DNA of 64,000 nucleotides from an uncultured bacterium (lineage in GTDB: Bacteria; Krumholzibacteriota; Krumholzibacteriia; Krumholzibacteriales; WJIX01): NCBI GenBank assembly GCA_964488475.1, contig CAZAUK010000015.1, positions 1,751-65,750 on the forward strand, in the 5' to 3' direction. Under the pieces are notes generated by a model. That model was not told the origin of the DNA. It worked only from the letters and a program-made list of their open reading frames with translations, and did no database searches. Shown here piece by piece: positions 18,121-28,568 of the stretch. Position numbers and translations under genes: made by a program. The first letter of the stretch is position 1; every line of letters starts with the position of its first letter.

Positions 18121-18852
18121 TTAGACTTTCTTGCCGTCCGGCCTGTTTTTATGATCACAGGGCACGCACCGGTCCTTGAAGTAGGGAGTGATATCGGCAA
18201 CTTTCCCCTTTTCAATAAGCCGCCCGCAGCATATCAGGAAGGCGTGATCGGCCTGCTCAAGGACAGTTGGGCTGTGAGTGATGAGAATTACCGTGGAGCC
18301 GCCTTCACGAAGGGCCTTCACAGCATCGAAGATTCTCTGAAGGCTCTCAACGTCTATGCCCGAATCCGGTTCATCCAGGAATACCAGTCTCGGCTTCATG
18401 GCCAGAATGGAGGCCAGTTCCACTTTCTTTCGCTCGCCTCCGCTCAGAGTCCTGTCCACGGCCCGGTCCAGATATCTTCCGCCTTCCAGCCCCGCCTGTG
18501 CCAGCACAGCTCGTATGGTCCGTTCATCCATGTCCGGCGCGGCCGCGCTTATAAAATCCCGAACCGTCAGGCCCTCATATCTGGCTGGTTCCTGCCAGGC
18601 CATGGTCATTCCCTTCGCGGCCCGCTGGTCCAGACCGAGCTCTCTGACAGACTCCCCCTGGAAAAGGATATCACCCTGAAAGTCGCGGTATCCGGAGAGC
18701 CCCATTATGGTGGCGGCCAGAGTGGATTTGCCGGCTCCGTTGGGGCCCACCACGGCGTGGATGTGACCCTCCCAGAAGTCTATGCTCAGATTGTCCAGTA
18801 TTTTGTTTCCGTCCAGGCTGAGGGTGAGTTTTGTAACTTCCAGAAGACCCAC
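18121..18852 (-). CDS. sufC: Fe-S cluster assembly ATPase SufC
   Basis: Walker A GPNGAGKST. ABC signature LSGGERKK. Walker B LVFLDEPDSGID. Start proposed at GTG 18852 behind a GAAAGG RBS; the ORF track extends to ATG 18915. The C-terminal tail contains CC...C..C. Confidence 0.8.
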   Translation of the reverse strand: MGLLEVTKLTLSLDGNKILDNLSIDFWEGHIHAVVGPNGAGKSTLAATIMGLSGYRDFQGDILFQGESVRELGLDQRAAKGMTMAWQEPARYEGLTVRDFISAAAPDMDERTIRAVLAQAGLEGGRYLDRAVDRTLSGGERKKVELASILAMKPRLVFLDEPDSGIDVESLQRIFDAVKALREGGSTVILITHSPTVLEQADHAFLICCGRLIEKGKVADITPYFKDRCVPCDHKNRPDGKKV

Positions 18853-19215
18853 TGAGGGGACCTTTCTTTCAGAGGGTAATAGGGCTTGAATTAATCGCTT
18901 GTTAACACGGCACACGGATAACTACGTTAGGTCCTGACCGCGTAAATATTATGGCACGGTTAAAACAAGCAGTAAAACAAGCTCCATTATCCCTTCAACC
19001 CTGAGATTGCCAAACCAAGTCGACACTACCTTGAATCATTTTACCGGTAATCAGGATTTCTTAAAGTGGCTAAGGTCACTTTTTATTGACTAGTTTCCAC
19101 CCAATTATGGGCAGAAGGAGAATCGCCCGGACCATCTGCTATCGGATCCCCTGTTTCCCCTTTGATCTGACCTTTTTCTGTTTCCTCCGAATGGGATTAT
19201 CAGTCCCCTGATACT

Positions 19216-19680
19216 CTATTTTTCTTTTCTTTTGCCCCTGACCGACAGAACCGGAACGGGAGAGAGGCGCATGACCTTTTCCGCCACTGAACCGAAAAAG
19301 AAGTGTTTCAGCCCGCTTTGACCCCGGGTTGCTATCACCACCAGTCCGATGTCGTTCTTTTCGGCGATATGCACGATCTCTTCGGCGGGATTTCCGGTTC
19401 CCACTATCTGGCGCACCTCGACTCCTTGCGATATTCTGCTCTCAACAAGGTCCTGAAGCGAATTTCTGGCTGAGTTTTCCAGCTGATCCTGGTAGGCGGA
19501 ACCGTCCACCCCGCTGGGGCTTTTGGAAGGCCCGGGAAGAGTGGGAAGGGGGGAGAGGACGTAGACCAGGAAAAGTTCCGAGCCGAATTCACCGGCCAGG
19601 TCGTTGGCGATCTTAACCGCTTCCAGGGAAGGAGGGCTGAAATCGGTGGGGCAGAGGATCTTATTGAAGTATGGCAGCAT
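19216..19680 (-). CDS. universal stress protein (UspA family)
   Basis: 154 aa. Usp alpha/beta fold markers (LVVIATRGQSGLKHFFFGSVAEKVMRLSPVPVL). Confidence 0.8.
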   Translation of the reverse strand: MLPYFNKILCPTDFSPPSLEAVKIANDLAGEFGSELFLVYVLSPLPTLPGPSKSPSGVDGSAYQDQLENSARNSLQDLVESRISQGVEVRQIVGTGNPAEEIVHIAEKNDIGLVVIATRGQSGLKHFFFGSVAEKVMRLSPVPVLSVRGKRKEK

Positions 19681-19831
19681 AATGTCTCCTTTCTATGTTA
19701 AATTTCCGGGTTTTCATCGGTCCCGGGCGCTTTCTGATGATATTCCATATAGCCGGCCAGAAGCGAGGAGTGCATCCTGTGATGTTGGTTCTTAGTATCT
19801 ATCACGCCTCTGGTTCCAGGAAAGGTCAGCT

Positions 19832-22213
19832 TCAACCCGCCTCCTCTTCAGCTACTTTCTTAAGAGCGGGCATAACGCTGTCAGGATTGAGCGAGATGGA
19901 ATCTATGCCGGCCCGGACCAGGAAAGCGGCGAATTTCGGGTTGTCGCTGGGGGCCTGTCCGCAAAGTCCGACTTTCTTTCCATGCTGGTGGGCTCTGTCG
20001 ATCAGCTGCTGAATGGACCTTTTGACCGCCGGGTTATCCTCCTGGAACAGATGGCTCAGCTCCGATGAATCCCTGTCCACACCCAGCACCAGCTGGGTCA
20101 GGTCGTTACTTCCGATGGAGAAGCCGTCGAACCGCTCGGAAAATTCGTCGGCCAGAGCGATGTTGGAGGGTATCTCTGCCATGACGTATACCTCCAGACC
20201 ATTCTGGCCCCTCTTCAATCCCTCCTGCGCCATGACCTCCAGCACCCGGTCGGCCTCCTCCAGAGTGCGGCAGAAGGGGATCATCACCACCACGTTGGAG
20301 AACCCGATCTCTTCTCTGGCTTTCCGTATGGCCCGGCATTCCAGAGCGAAACCCTTCCGGTAGCGGTCGGAATAATACCTGGATGCACCGCGAAATCCCA
20401 GCATGGGATTCTCTTCCTCGGGCTCGAACTGTCTTCCTCCGATCAACTGGGCGTATTCGTTGGTCTTAAAGTCGCTCATCCGTACTATCACCGGTTCGGG
20501 ATACTGGGGGGCGGCGATCTTGGCAATACCCCTGGCCAGGTGCTCCACGAAATACTCGGATTTATCGCGGTATCCCCTGGTAAGCTCTGCGATCTTTCTC
20601 CTGGCCTCCTCATCCTCCAGCTGGTCGAAATCGATCAGGGCCATGGGATGGGCCTTGATGATGTTGTTGATTATGAACTCCATTCTGGCCAGGCCTATTC
20701 CCTTGGCGGGAAGCCTCCACCATCTCATGGAAGCGGCGGGCGAGGAAACGTTCATCATGATCCTGGTCCTGGTCTCGGGAGCATCATCTATGTCCACCTC
20801 TTTTGTCTGGTAATCCAAAATACCCCGGTAGACGTATCCTTCATCCCCTTCAGCGCAGGAAAGGGTGATTTCTTCACCCTCCTCCAGTACCTGAGTGGCG
20901 TTCTCCGTTCCCACCACTGCGGGTATGCCCAGCTCACGGCTCACGATGGCGGCGTGGGAGGTTCTTCCTCCGTAATCGGTGACGATTCCAGACGCCTTCT
21001 TCATTATTGGCCCCCAGTCGGGGTCGGTGCGGCCGGTGATCAGGATTGAACCTTTCTCGAACCGGTCCATATTCTCGGGGTGCTTTATCACCATCCCCTT
21101 TCCGGTGGCTATTGCTTCGCCTATTGCCAGCCCCTGAACCAGCCTTTCGCCGCTCTCGGTCAGGCGGTAGGTCTTCAGAGCCCCCGCTTCTTTCTGAGAC
21201 TGGACCGTCTCGGGCCTGGCCTGCACGATAAACAGGTCTTCAGTTTCGCCGTCCTTGGCCCACTCCATATCCATCGGTTTGCGGTAGTGTTCCTCTATGA
21301 TGGTGGCCCACCTGGCCAACTTGATTATCTCTTCCTCGGTGAGCACCAGGGAGTTTCGCTCTTCGCCGGGAGTGTCGATGTTCTGCGTGGTCGCGGAGGC
21401 GCCCTTGGTGGCGTAGATCATCTTCTTTTCCTTGGCCCCCAGGTCCTTCTCCACGATGGGCTTGAGTCTCTGATCGGTGAGCAGGGGCTGGAATACCCGG
21501 TACTCGTCCGGATTGATGGTGCCCTGGACCACGTTTTCGCCCAGGCCCCAGGCGGCGTTGATCACCACCATGTCGGGAAACCCGGTCTCGGTGTCTATTG
21601 AGAACATCACTCCGGAGCCGGCAAGGTCGGAGCGGACCATCTTCTGAACACCCACCGAGAGAGCCACCTTCATATGGTCGAAGCCGTTGTTTTCCCGGTA
21701 GATTATGGCGCGGTCGGTGAACAGGGACGCGTAGCACCTTCGACATGCGTCCAGAAGCTCCTCTTCGCCCGAGATGTTGAGAAAAGTCTCCTGCTGGCCG
21801 GCGAAGCTGGCTTCGGGAAGATCCTCCGCGGTCGCCGATGAACGCACCGCCACGTCTATCTCTTCGCTATCATATTCCCCGGATAGCCGGCGGTATGATT
21901 CCCTGATCTCCTCTTCCACCTCGGACGGGAACTCAGATTTGATAAACAGCCTTCTTATCTTCTTTCCCGCCTGGTTGAGCGTCTGCCGGTTCTTTTTCAG
22001 ATCGGCGAGCAGTTTCTTGATGTCCTCTCTGATTTCATTGTCGTCCAGGAACTTCCAGTAGGCGGAAGAAGTGGTGGCGAACCCCCCCGGAAGCTTGATT
22101 CCCTTTGGCGAGAGTTCCGCGATCATTTCACCCAGGGAGGCGTTCTTGCCCCCGACCAGATCCACGTCGGAAGAGCGAAGGTCCTTGAAAAATCTAATAT
22201 ATCCGTTTTTCAT
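19832..22213 (-). CDS. ppsA: phosphoenolpyruvate synthase (pyruvate, water dikinase)
   Basis: 793 aa. N-terminal DLVGGKNASLGEM. Central phosphohistidine domain (GGRTSHAAIVSRELGIPAVVG). C-terminal PEP-utilising domain. Confidence 0.9.
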   Translation of the reverse strand: MKNGYIRFFKDLRSSDVDLVGGKNASLGEMIAELSPKGIKLPGGFATTSSAYWKFLDDNEIREDIKKLLADLKKNRQTLNQAGKKIRRLFIKSEFPSEVEEEIRESYRRLSGEYDSEEIDVAVRSSATAEDLPEASFAGQQETFLNISGEEELLDACRRCYASLFTDRAIIYRENNGFDHMKVALSVGVQKMVRSDLAGSGVMFSIDTETGFPDMVVINAAWGLGENVVQGTINPDEYRVFQPLLTDQRLKPIVEKDLGAKEKKMIYATKGASATTQNIDTPGEERNSLVLTEEEIIKLARWATIIEEHYRKPMDMEWAKDGETEDLFIVQARPETVQSQKEAGALKTYRLTESGERLVQGLAIGEAIATGKGMVIKHPENMDRFEKGSILITGRTDPDWGPIMKKASGIVTDYGGRTSHAAIVSRELGIPAVVGTENATQVLEEGEEITLSCAEGDEGYVYRGILDYQTKEVDIDDAPETRTRIMMNVSSPAASMRWWRLPAKGIGLARMEFIINNIIKAHPMALIDFDQLEDEEARRKIAELTRGYRDKSEYFVEHLARGIAKIAAPQYPEPVIVRMSDFKTNEYAQLIGGRQFEPEEENPMLGFRGASRYYSDRYRKGFALECRAIRKAREEIGFSNVVVMIPFCRTLEEADRVLEVMAQEGLKRGQNGLEVYVMAEIPSNIALADEFSERFDGFSIGSNDLTQLVLGVDRDSSELSHLFQEDNPAVKRSIQQLIDRAHQHGKKVGLCGQAPSDNPKFAAFLVRAGIDSISLNPDSVMPALKKVAEEEAG

Positions 22214-22278
22214 GTTTCTCCTTTCAGCTCGAACGGCTTTTCAGGCGCCGGATAGCCGGCGGCCGTGCGAGGATAATG

Positions 22279-24957
22279 TCATGGGCCCAAAGGCTCCAGT
22301 CTGCTGAATCCCTTTATTATCTGCCCCCCCGCGAAAGGCAACAGTCCTATGGCGCAGGCAAGCCCCCAGTGTTTCAGGCTCAGGGGAGAGGTGCCCAGGG
22401 CCCGGGAAAGTCCCGGAAGATAGACCGCGGCGACCAGCAGAAGAACGCAGAAAGCCATAGCACCCCATAAATGGGGCCTGGTAATGATCTCGTTATGGAA
22501 AATTCCGGTTCCGGCGCCGCGCATGTTCAGCGCGTGAAACACCGACGCCAGCCCCAGAGTCACAAAAGAGAAGGTGACCGCTTCGTCTGGACTCATTCCC
22601 AGAAGGGATCGTCCCGTGATCAGGGCTCCCAGAACGGTCAGAGCTATCAGGAAACCATATACCGCTATTCCCAGCCAACGGCCGCCGGTGAGCACCGGTT
22701 CATCACTTCCGCGGGGGGGTTTATCCATGATATCCGCTTCGCCTCCGCCCACTCCCAGGGCCAGGGCCAGGAAAACATCGGTAACCAGGTTCAGGAAGAG
22801 TATCTGCAGGGGTTTAACAGGCAGAGGCACCCTGAAGAGGGAGGCCAGTGAAACGCTCATGATTTTGCCGGCGTTGCTGGAGAGCAGGTAGTATATGAAT
22901 TTTCTGATGTTATTGAAGATTATCCGGCCCTGATGGACCGCCACCACGATGGTAGAGAGGGAATCGTCCTTCAGTATGATATCGGAGGCTTCCTTGGCCA
23001 CCTGGGTGCCCCTCTTTCCCATTGCCACTCCGATATCCGCCTTCTTGAGCGCGGGGGCGTCATTGACTCCGTCACCGGTCATTGCTACTATCTGGCCCGC
23101 TTTCTGGTGCATCTTTATCAGATCCAGTTTCTGGGCGGGACTGACCCTGGCGAAGACAGGGATTCCGATTATATCCTCTTTCCGGCCTTCTCTGTCTTCA
23201 GAGATCCGTTTAAGCTCCCCGCCGTTCAGAACCCGGGATGATTCTGAAGCCAATCCCAGCCGCCTGCCGATGTTGAGGGCTGTACCGGGATGATCCCCCG
23301 TGACCATGACCACTTTTATTCCGGCCTTTCCGCAATCCTCAATTGCGCGGCGGGCGTCATCCCGCGGGGGGTCCAGCATTCCGGCCAAACCTAAAAAGGT
23401 GAGTTCCTTATAGGGGTCCGCCTCCAGAGAGGCTTCGTGCTTTTCGGCCAGAGCGATTACTCTCAAGCCCCTCGAAGCCATCTCTTCATTATCGGAAAGC
23501 CATTTCTCAACACGCTCCCGGTCAAGCTCCTCACAGCCCTGAAGTGTCCTTACCCGTGAGCATATTTCCAGAACCGGTTCAGGAGCTCCCTTGACCGCTA
23601 CAAGAAGATTTTCTCCATCTTTATGGAAAGTGGCCATCAGTTTTATCTCCGGGTCGAAGGAGACTTCTCTTTCTTCCGGAATGGACTTGACCAGCTCTTT
23701 TCTGCTGATTCCAAAACGGGCCCCCGATTCAAGGAGGGCCAGTTCCAGGGGGTCGCCCCGGGACTTCCTGTCCGATTCCTTTTCGGTGCTGGCGTTGTTG
23801 CAGAGCACTCCCACCTTCAGCGCCTCCCGGACCAGATCGTCTATATCAACCGATTCAGCGTCCAGTTGGAATTTTCCCGAAGCCACCAGGATCTCCTCGA
23901 CCGTCATTCTGTTCTCGGTCAGAGTTCCAGTCTTGTCGGAAAAGATGAAAGTGGTGGATCCCAGCGTCTCAACCGATGAGAGGCCATTGACCACGGCGTT
24001 ATTCCGGGCCATTTTCTTGACTCCCCTGGCCAGGCTCAGTGTGGCTACCACGGGCAGCCCTTCGGGTATGGCGGCTATGGCCAGCGCAACGGAGGTCTCC
24101 AGCATCAACACGGTGTTCCTTCCAGCAAGAAGTCCGATCACAGCCACCACCGCCATGACTCCCAGAGTGGCCCATATCAGGCGGTGCCCCATATTGTCGA
24201 GGCGCTTCTCCATTGGGGTTTTCTCTTCTTCGGCCTGCTGAGTCAAAGATGTAATATTTCCTATTTCGGTCTCCATGCCGGTTGCCGTGACCACGCCCTC
24301 GCCCGTACCCCGGGTAATGGAAGTTCCCTTGAACAGCATGCTGGACCGCTCGGCAAGCGGGCTGTCCTCATCAACCGGTGAAGTCGATTTGGTCACAGCT
24401 TCGGATTCTCCCGTAAGAGTGGATTCATCCGCCTGCAGTTTTGATGATTCCACCAGGCGCAGGTCCGCGCTGACGATATCACCGCTTTCCAAAAGCACTA
24501 TGTCTGAGGGGACGATCTTTTCTGCCGGGATTTCCACGACCTCGCCTTTCCGGCGGACCGTGGTCTTGACTTTACCCAGCTCCCGAAGAGCCTCCATCGA
24601 ACGGACCGCGTTCAATTCGGTGAAGAATCCGATAACGGTATTTATCAGAAGAGCCACCACTATAGCCGAGCCTTCCAGCCAGTGGCCCAGAACGAACGAC
24701 ACCGCGCCCGCCGCCGCCAGTATTATGACCACGAGGCTTTCCACCTGATTCATCAGAATGGACCACAAGCTGCGCCTTTCAGCTTTTTTAAGCAGATTGG
24801 GCCCAAACTTCTTTCTGGCTTCCTTTACTTGCGAATCGCTCAGGCCCTTTCCGGGAGATACAGAGAAATGATCCAGTATTTCTTGAGCTTCCCTGGCCCA
24901 TGGTTTTAAAAGGGCGTTTGCCTTGTTCCTGTCAGCTGTTCCCTCGCTGGTGGACAT
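22279..24957 (-). CDS. P-type cation-transporting ATPase (P2-type, Ca2+/Mg2+-ATPase-like)
   Basis: DKTGTLT phosphorylation motif. TGDGVNDAPAL hinge motif. N-terminal cation-ATPase domain. Roughly 10 TM helices. 892 aa. Confidence 0.9.
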   Translation of the reverse strand: MSTSEGTADRNKANALLKPWAREAQEILDHFSVSPGKGLSDSQVKEARKKFGPNLLKKAERRSLWSILMNQVESLVVIILAAAGAVSFVLGHWLEGSAIVVALLINTVIGFFTELNAVRSMEALRELGKVKTTVRRKGEVVEIPAEKIVPSDIVLLESGDIVSADLRLVESSKLQADESTLTGESEAVTKSTSPVDEDSPLAERSSMLFKGTSITRGTGEGVVTATGMETEIGNITSLTQQAEEEKTPMEKRLDNMGHRLIWATLGVMAVVAVIGLLAGRNTVLMLETSVALAIAAIPEGLPVVATLSLARGVKKMARNNAVVNGLSSVETLGSTTFIFSDKTGTLTENRMTVEEILVASGKFQLDAESVDIDDLVREALKVGVLCNNASTEKESDRKSRGDPLELALLESGARFGISRKELVKSIPEEREVSFDPEIKLMATFHKDGENLLVAVKGAPEPVLEICSRVRTLQGCEELDRERVEKWLSDNEEMASRGLRVIALAEKHEASLEADPYKELTFLGLAGMLDPPRDDARRAIEDCGKAGIKVVMVTGDHPGTALNIGRRLGLASESSRVLNGGELKRISEDREGRKEDIIGIPVFARVSPAQKLDLIKMHQKAGQIVAMTGDGVNDAPALKKADIGVAMGKRGTQVAKEASDIILKDDSLSTIVVAVHQGRIIFNNIRKFIYYLLSSNAGKIMSVSLASLFRVPLPVKPLQILFLNLVTDVFLALALGVGGGEADIMDKPPRGSDEPVLTGGRWLGIAVYGFLIALTVLGALITGRSLLGMSPDEAVTFSFVTLGLASVFHALNMRGAGTGIFHNEIITRPHLWGAMAFCVLLLVAAVYLPGLSRALGTSPLSLKHWGLACAIGLLPFAGGQIIKGFSRLEPLGP

Positions 24958-24960
24958 GCT

Positions 24961-25254
24961 TCAGTCTTCTCCCATCATTTCCGTCAGTCTGAGGGCGTTT
25001 CGGGGTGCGTACCCGTTCTGATCGTTATCGAAATAAACGAAGATATCCAGGCCCTTTGATCGCCATTGCCATAGCGTTTTCTTTTCCGGTATCTGATAGA
25101 AGGAATTGTTTATTTCAGCAGTCCTGAAATGCCTGCGGTAGTATTCAAGATAATCACCGCTGGATACATCATCCGGATAGAAGGCGCCTTTCCAATGCTT
25201 GTAGTGCCAACCCGATGTCCCGATATGAACTTTGCCCCGCCTCTTTCTGCTCAT
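24961..25254 (-). pseudogene. DUF72-family gene remnant (in-frame internal deletion; N-terminal ~57 aa joined to C-terminal ~35 aa)
   Basis: HIGTSGWHYKHW...HFRTAEINNSFY matches the DUF72 N-terminus. DIFVYFDNDQNGYAPRNA matches the DUF72 C-terminus. The ~180 aa normally between them are absent. Start overlaps the atpG stop. Confidence 0.55.
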
Positions 25255-26132
25255 GACGACAGCACCTCGAATCCGGATACGATATCCAGCAGCTCGGAGG
25301 TTATGGCCTCCTGGCGCTGGTGCTGGTACCTGGTGCCAAGGTCCTCCAGCCTCTCCTGTATGTTCTTTTCGGCGGCCTGCATGGAGGACAGGCGGCTGGC
25401 GTTTTCGCTGGCCAGAGATTCCACCGAGGCCCGGTAAATGGTTACGAAGAAGTATTCCTTGAGAAGCGCGGAAAACAGCTCTTTCCAGTCAGTATAATGA
25501 GCGGGAAGCATTCTGGTGGGCCAATCCCTCTTCTGAAGGCTGTACAGCCAGTCCTGATTCAGAGGCAGAAGGCTTCGTTCAGCCTGGGTATAGGTGGTTC
25601 CGGAGGAGGGATGGTTGTGCAGAAGTATTATTCTGCCCAGACTGTATTGCAGCCGCCATTCTTCTATTCTGATCAGGACCTCCTGGTTGACGCTGTTTAC
25701 ATCCACCATGGAGCCGAACACGCTGATCCCTTCGTCCACTTCTATTCCCAGAGACTCCAGCCGGCCTATCAGCTTGCCGCCCAGGGCCAGGACAGTACGA
25801 TCCTCTCGTGAGACCTTCATCTCATCCAGCTTCCGCCGGGTATATTCCGCTATCTGCTCGTTGAACCTTCCCACCATTCCCTGTTCTGACCCGAACACCA
25901 CCACTCCCAGTTTCTCCTTTCGGCCGGCGTCTATCAGCCGGACGCTTTCCGGTTTGTTTCTCATGGCCACCTGAAGGCCCGCCTCGATGTTTTCGTAATA
26001 CTGCTGAAGGGAATCCACCGCTCTCTGGTACTGCCGGATATTCACCGCGGCAAGAGATTTCATGGTCTTTACCACAGAGTTGAGCTCCCGGGCGTTCTCA
26101 AGTTTTCTGTGCAGTGTCTCAAGCTGTTCCAT
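25251..26132 (-). CDS. atpG: ATP synthase gamma subunit (N-ATPase operon)
   Basis: 293 aa. N-terminus ...ENARELNSVVKTMKSLAAVNIRQYQ is typical of F1 gamma. Confidence 0.85.
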   Translation of the reverse strand: MEQLETLHRKLENARELNSVVKTMKSLAAVNIRQYQRAVDSLQQYYENIEAGLQVAMRNKPESVRLIDAGRKEKLGVVVFGSEQGMVGRFNEQIAEYTRRKLDEMKVSREDRTVLALGGKLIGRLESLGIEVDEGISVFGSMVDVNSVNQEVLIRIEEWRLQYSLGRIILLHNHPSSGTTYTQAERSLLPLNQDWLYSLQKRDWPTRMLPAHYTDWKELFSALLKEYFFVTIYRASVESLASENASRLSSMQAAEKNIQERLEDLGTRYQHQRQEAITSELLDIVSGFEVLSS

Positions 26133-27688
26133 TATTCCTTCTCCTGAAGATCGCCGATTATATCCTGGATGGCCGAAAGGATCTTTTCCCTTTCTTCATT
26201 TTCCAGCTTTTCGCCTTGCTCTATACGCTCCGCTGTGTCGCTCACCCGGTCCCGAATATTGTCCTGAATCATGTTTTTGGCCTTTTCGATATCCTCCAGC
26301 GGCACCGAGTCCAGAAGCCCCTCCGATACCGCCAGCAGCACGGCGAACTGTTCGGCGACCGGGATGGGCTGGTATCGGGGCTGTTTTAGTATTTCCCGCA
26401 CCCGTCTTCCTCTTTCAAGCGTGTGGCGGGTTTCCTCATCCAGCCTGGTTCCGAAGCGCGAGAACGATTCAAGCTCCTGGAACTGGGAATAGTAGAGGCG
26501 CAGGTCTCCGGCAACCGACCGGTAGGAGGGAAGCTGTGTTTTGCCACCTACTCTGGAAACTGATTTTCCCACGTCCACCGCGGGCAGGACTCCCTGGCCG
26601 AATAGCTTGGGGGAGAGGTAGATCTGTCCGTCGGTTATTGAAACAAGATTAGTGGGAATATAGGCGGAAATATTCTCGGCCTGGGTTTCGATTATGGGTA
26701 GAGCTGTCAGGGAGCCTCCTCCGTGCTCTTCCCTGAGATGGGTGGAGCGTTCCAATAGGCGGGAATGTATGTAGAAGATGTCCCCTGGATAGGCCTCCCG
26801 GGCGGGGGGCCTGCGAAGCAGGAGGGAGAGTTCGCGGTATGAGCGGGCATGACGAGTAAGGTCATCATAGACGATCAGGACGTCCCGGCCTTTTTCCATA
26901 AAGTATTCACCCATGCTGGTGGCGGCGTATGGGGCTATAAAATTGAAGCCGGGCGCGTCCTTTCCGCTGGCGAACACCACTATGGAATATTCCATGGCCT
27001 GGTGTCTTTTCAGGTCAGCCACCACCTTGGCCATGTCCGCGGTTTCCTTTCCTATTCCGCAGTAGATACAGATCACATCCTGATCGTTCTGGTTTATCAT
27101 GGTGTCCAGGGCTATGGCGGTTTTTCCTATCTGCCGGTCTCCCAGTATCAGTTCTCTCTGCCCTCGGCCCACCGGAATCAAGGCGTCCACCACTCTTAGG
27201 CCCGTCTGAAGGGGGACTTCCACAGGAGCCCGGTGGATTATGGGAGGAGCTTCTCTCTCGACCGGCCGCCGTTCCGCGGCCCGCACCGGCCGGCCGCTGT
27301 CCAGGGGGCGCCCCAGAGGATCCACCACTCTTCCTATCAGTTCCTCACCGACTGGAACGTCCACCACTCTGCCGGTCCTTCGGACTTCGTCGCCGGCGCT
27401 GATGCTTGTGTAGCGGTCAAGCAATACAGCGGCCACTTCGCCGGGGTCGAGGTTGAAAGCGATACCCATCCCGCCTCCCTTGAACCTGAGCAGCTCGTCG
27501 TATTTTGCTCCCGACAACCCCCTGATTCTGGCCACCCCTTTTCCCACCTGAAACACACGGCCCGTTTCACGAACGGAGATATCCGGCTGATGTTTTTCCA
27601 GGGAGCGGGTTATTGCCGATTCGGCCTGTTCCAGGATCTGGTTCAGAGAGATCGAGCCGTTATTATCTGTTTTCTTATTCCGATTCAT
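26132..27688 (-). CDS. atpA: ATP synthase alpha subunit (N-ATPase operon)
   Basis: F1 alpha signatures with Walker A (GDRQIGKTA). Start taken at the internal ATG; the ORF track extends to 27787. Confidence 0.9.
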   Translation of the reverse strand: MNRNKKTDNNGSISLNQILEQAESAITRSLEKHQPDISVRETGRVFQVGKGVARIRGLSGAKYDELLRFKGGGMGIAFNLDPGEVAAVLLDRYTSISAGDEVRRTGRVVDVPVGEELIGRVVDPLGRPLDSGRPVRAAERRPVEREAPPIIHRAPVEVPLQTGLRVVDALIPVGRGQRELILGDRQIGKTAIALDTMINQNDQDVICIYCGIGKETADMAKVVADLKRHQAMEYSIVVFASGKDAPGFNFIAPYAATSMGEYFMEKGRDVLIVYDDLTRHARSYRELSLLLRRPPAREAYPGDIFYIHSRLLERSTHLREEHGGGSLTALPIIETQAENISAYIPTNLVSITDGQIYLSPKLFGQGVLPAVDVGKSVSRVGGKTQLPSYRSVAGDLRLYYSQFQELESFSRFGTRLDEETRHTLERGRRVREILKQPRYQPIPVAEQFAVLLAVSEGLLDSVPLEDIEKAKNMIQDNIRDRVSDTAERIEQGEKLENEEREKILSAIQDIIGDLQEKE

Positions 27689-28568
27689 CGTTTTCAGCCC
27701 TGGAGGACGATTCCTCAGCTTCGTCCTGCTGCCGGTCTTCGTCCTCTTTGTCCGCCTTTTCCCTCTTTTCAGCGGGAAGGCTTTCACCCATCTCCCGGCT
27801 GATACGTTCTTCCAGTTCCGAGAGGTAGCTGCCCACGCTCCAGGCTATGACCTGGTCCCGGGCATGAAGCTCCAGTCCGCATACTAGTTCATCGTCCCTT
27901 TCAAACTCAGTTTTTACCTCTTTGCCGAAAAGCTGCTGGGCCGCCTTCCGTAAATCGTCGCGGCGCCCGCTGTCGATCTCAAAAGCGCTGGTCACCGTGA
28001 TTCTTCCGGAGGAATCTTCAAGACTGGACCGCAGCTCTTTCTTGCGGTCCTCATCAAGGTTCTCGATCCTTCTGATGAAAGCCGCCATGATCCTGTCTTC
28101 AAGCTCCTGGTCCGCCAGATCCTTTAGCACCTTGCCGACCACCCGGTATATCTGGCGTCCGGTTTTTTCCCTGAGCCCGGATATAAAAGATTCCTTCTGC
28201 CTGCTGAGGGACTCCCGCCATTTTTCCCTGCTTTCATCCACCTCCCGTCTGGCATCTTCCAGCAGTTCCTTTTTCCTGTCTTCCGCTTTCTGCTTGGTTT
28301 CTTTCAGAATGTCCTTTTTTTCCTCTTCCAGTTCCTCCTGTTTCTGCCGGTAAGTATCAGCCTCCTGATCGGCAATCTTCTGCTTTTCTTCCGCCTCGCT
28401 CAGGCGGGACTTGATTTTTTCCTCTCTCTCATCCATGGCCCTGACCACTCGTTTGTAAAGGAAATGGCGCAGCAGAAGCACCAGGATCAGGAAATTGAGA
28501 ATCTGGGCGATGAAGGTGAAAAGATCGATTTCCAACTTCAGCCTCCCTTCTGGATCACGTGATTCCAA
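27675..28568 (-). CDS. atpF: ATP synthase b subunit with delta-like C-terminal domain and acidic tail (N-ATPase operon)
   Basis: N-terminal single TM plus coiled coil typical of subunit b. C-terminal portion resembles the delta/OSCP C-terminal domain (..[23 protein letters not shown]). Ends in an Asp/Glu-rich tail. Confidence 0.65.
   Translation of the reverse strand: MESRDPEGRLKLEIDLFTFIAQILNFLILVLLLRHFLYKRVVRAMDEREEKIKSRLSEAEEKQKIADQEADTYRQKQEELEEEKKDILKETKQKAEDRKKELLEDARREVDESREKWRESLSRQKESFISGLREKTGRQIYRVVGKVLKDLADQELEDRIMAAFIRRIENLDEDRKKELRSSLEDSSGRITVTSAFEIDSGRRDDLRKAAQQLFGKEVKTEFERDDELVCGLELHARDQVIAWSVGSYLSELEERISREMGESLPAEKREKADKEDEDRQQDEAEESSSRAENDESE

Noticed and set aside
20540-21601. 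Plus-strand ORFs (169 and 173 aa) within ppsA
   Set aside because: Antisense to PEP synthase, with no motifs. Typical spurious ORFs.
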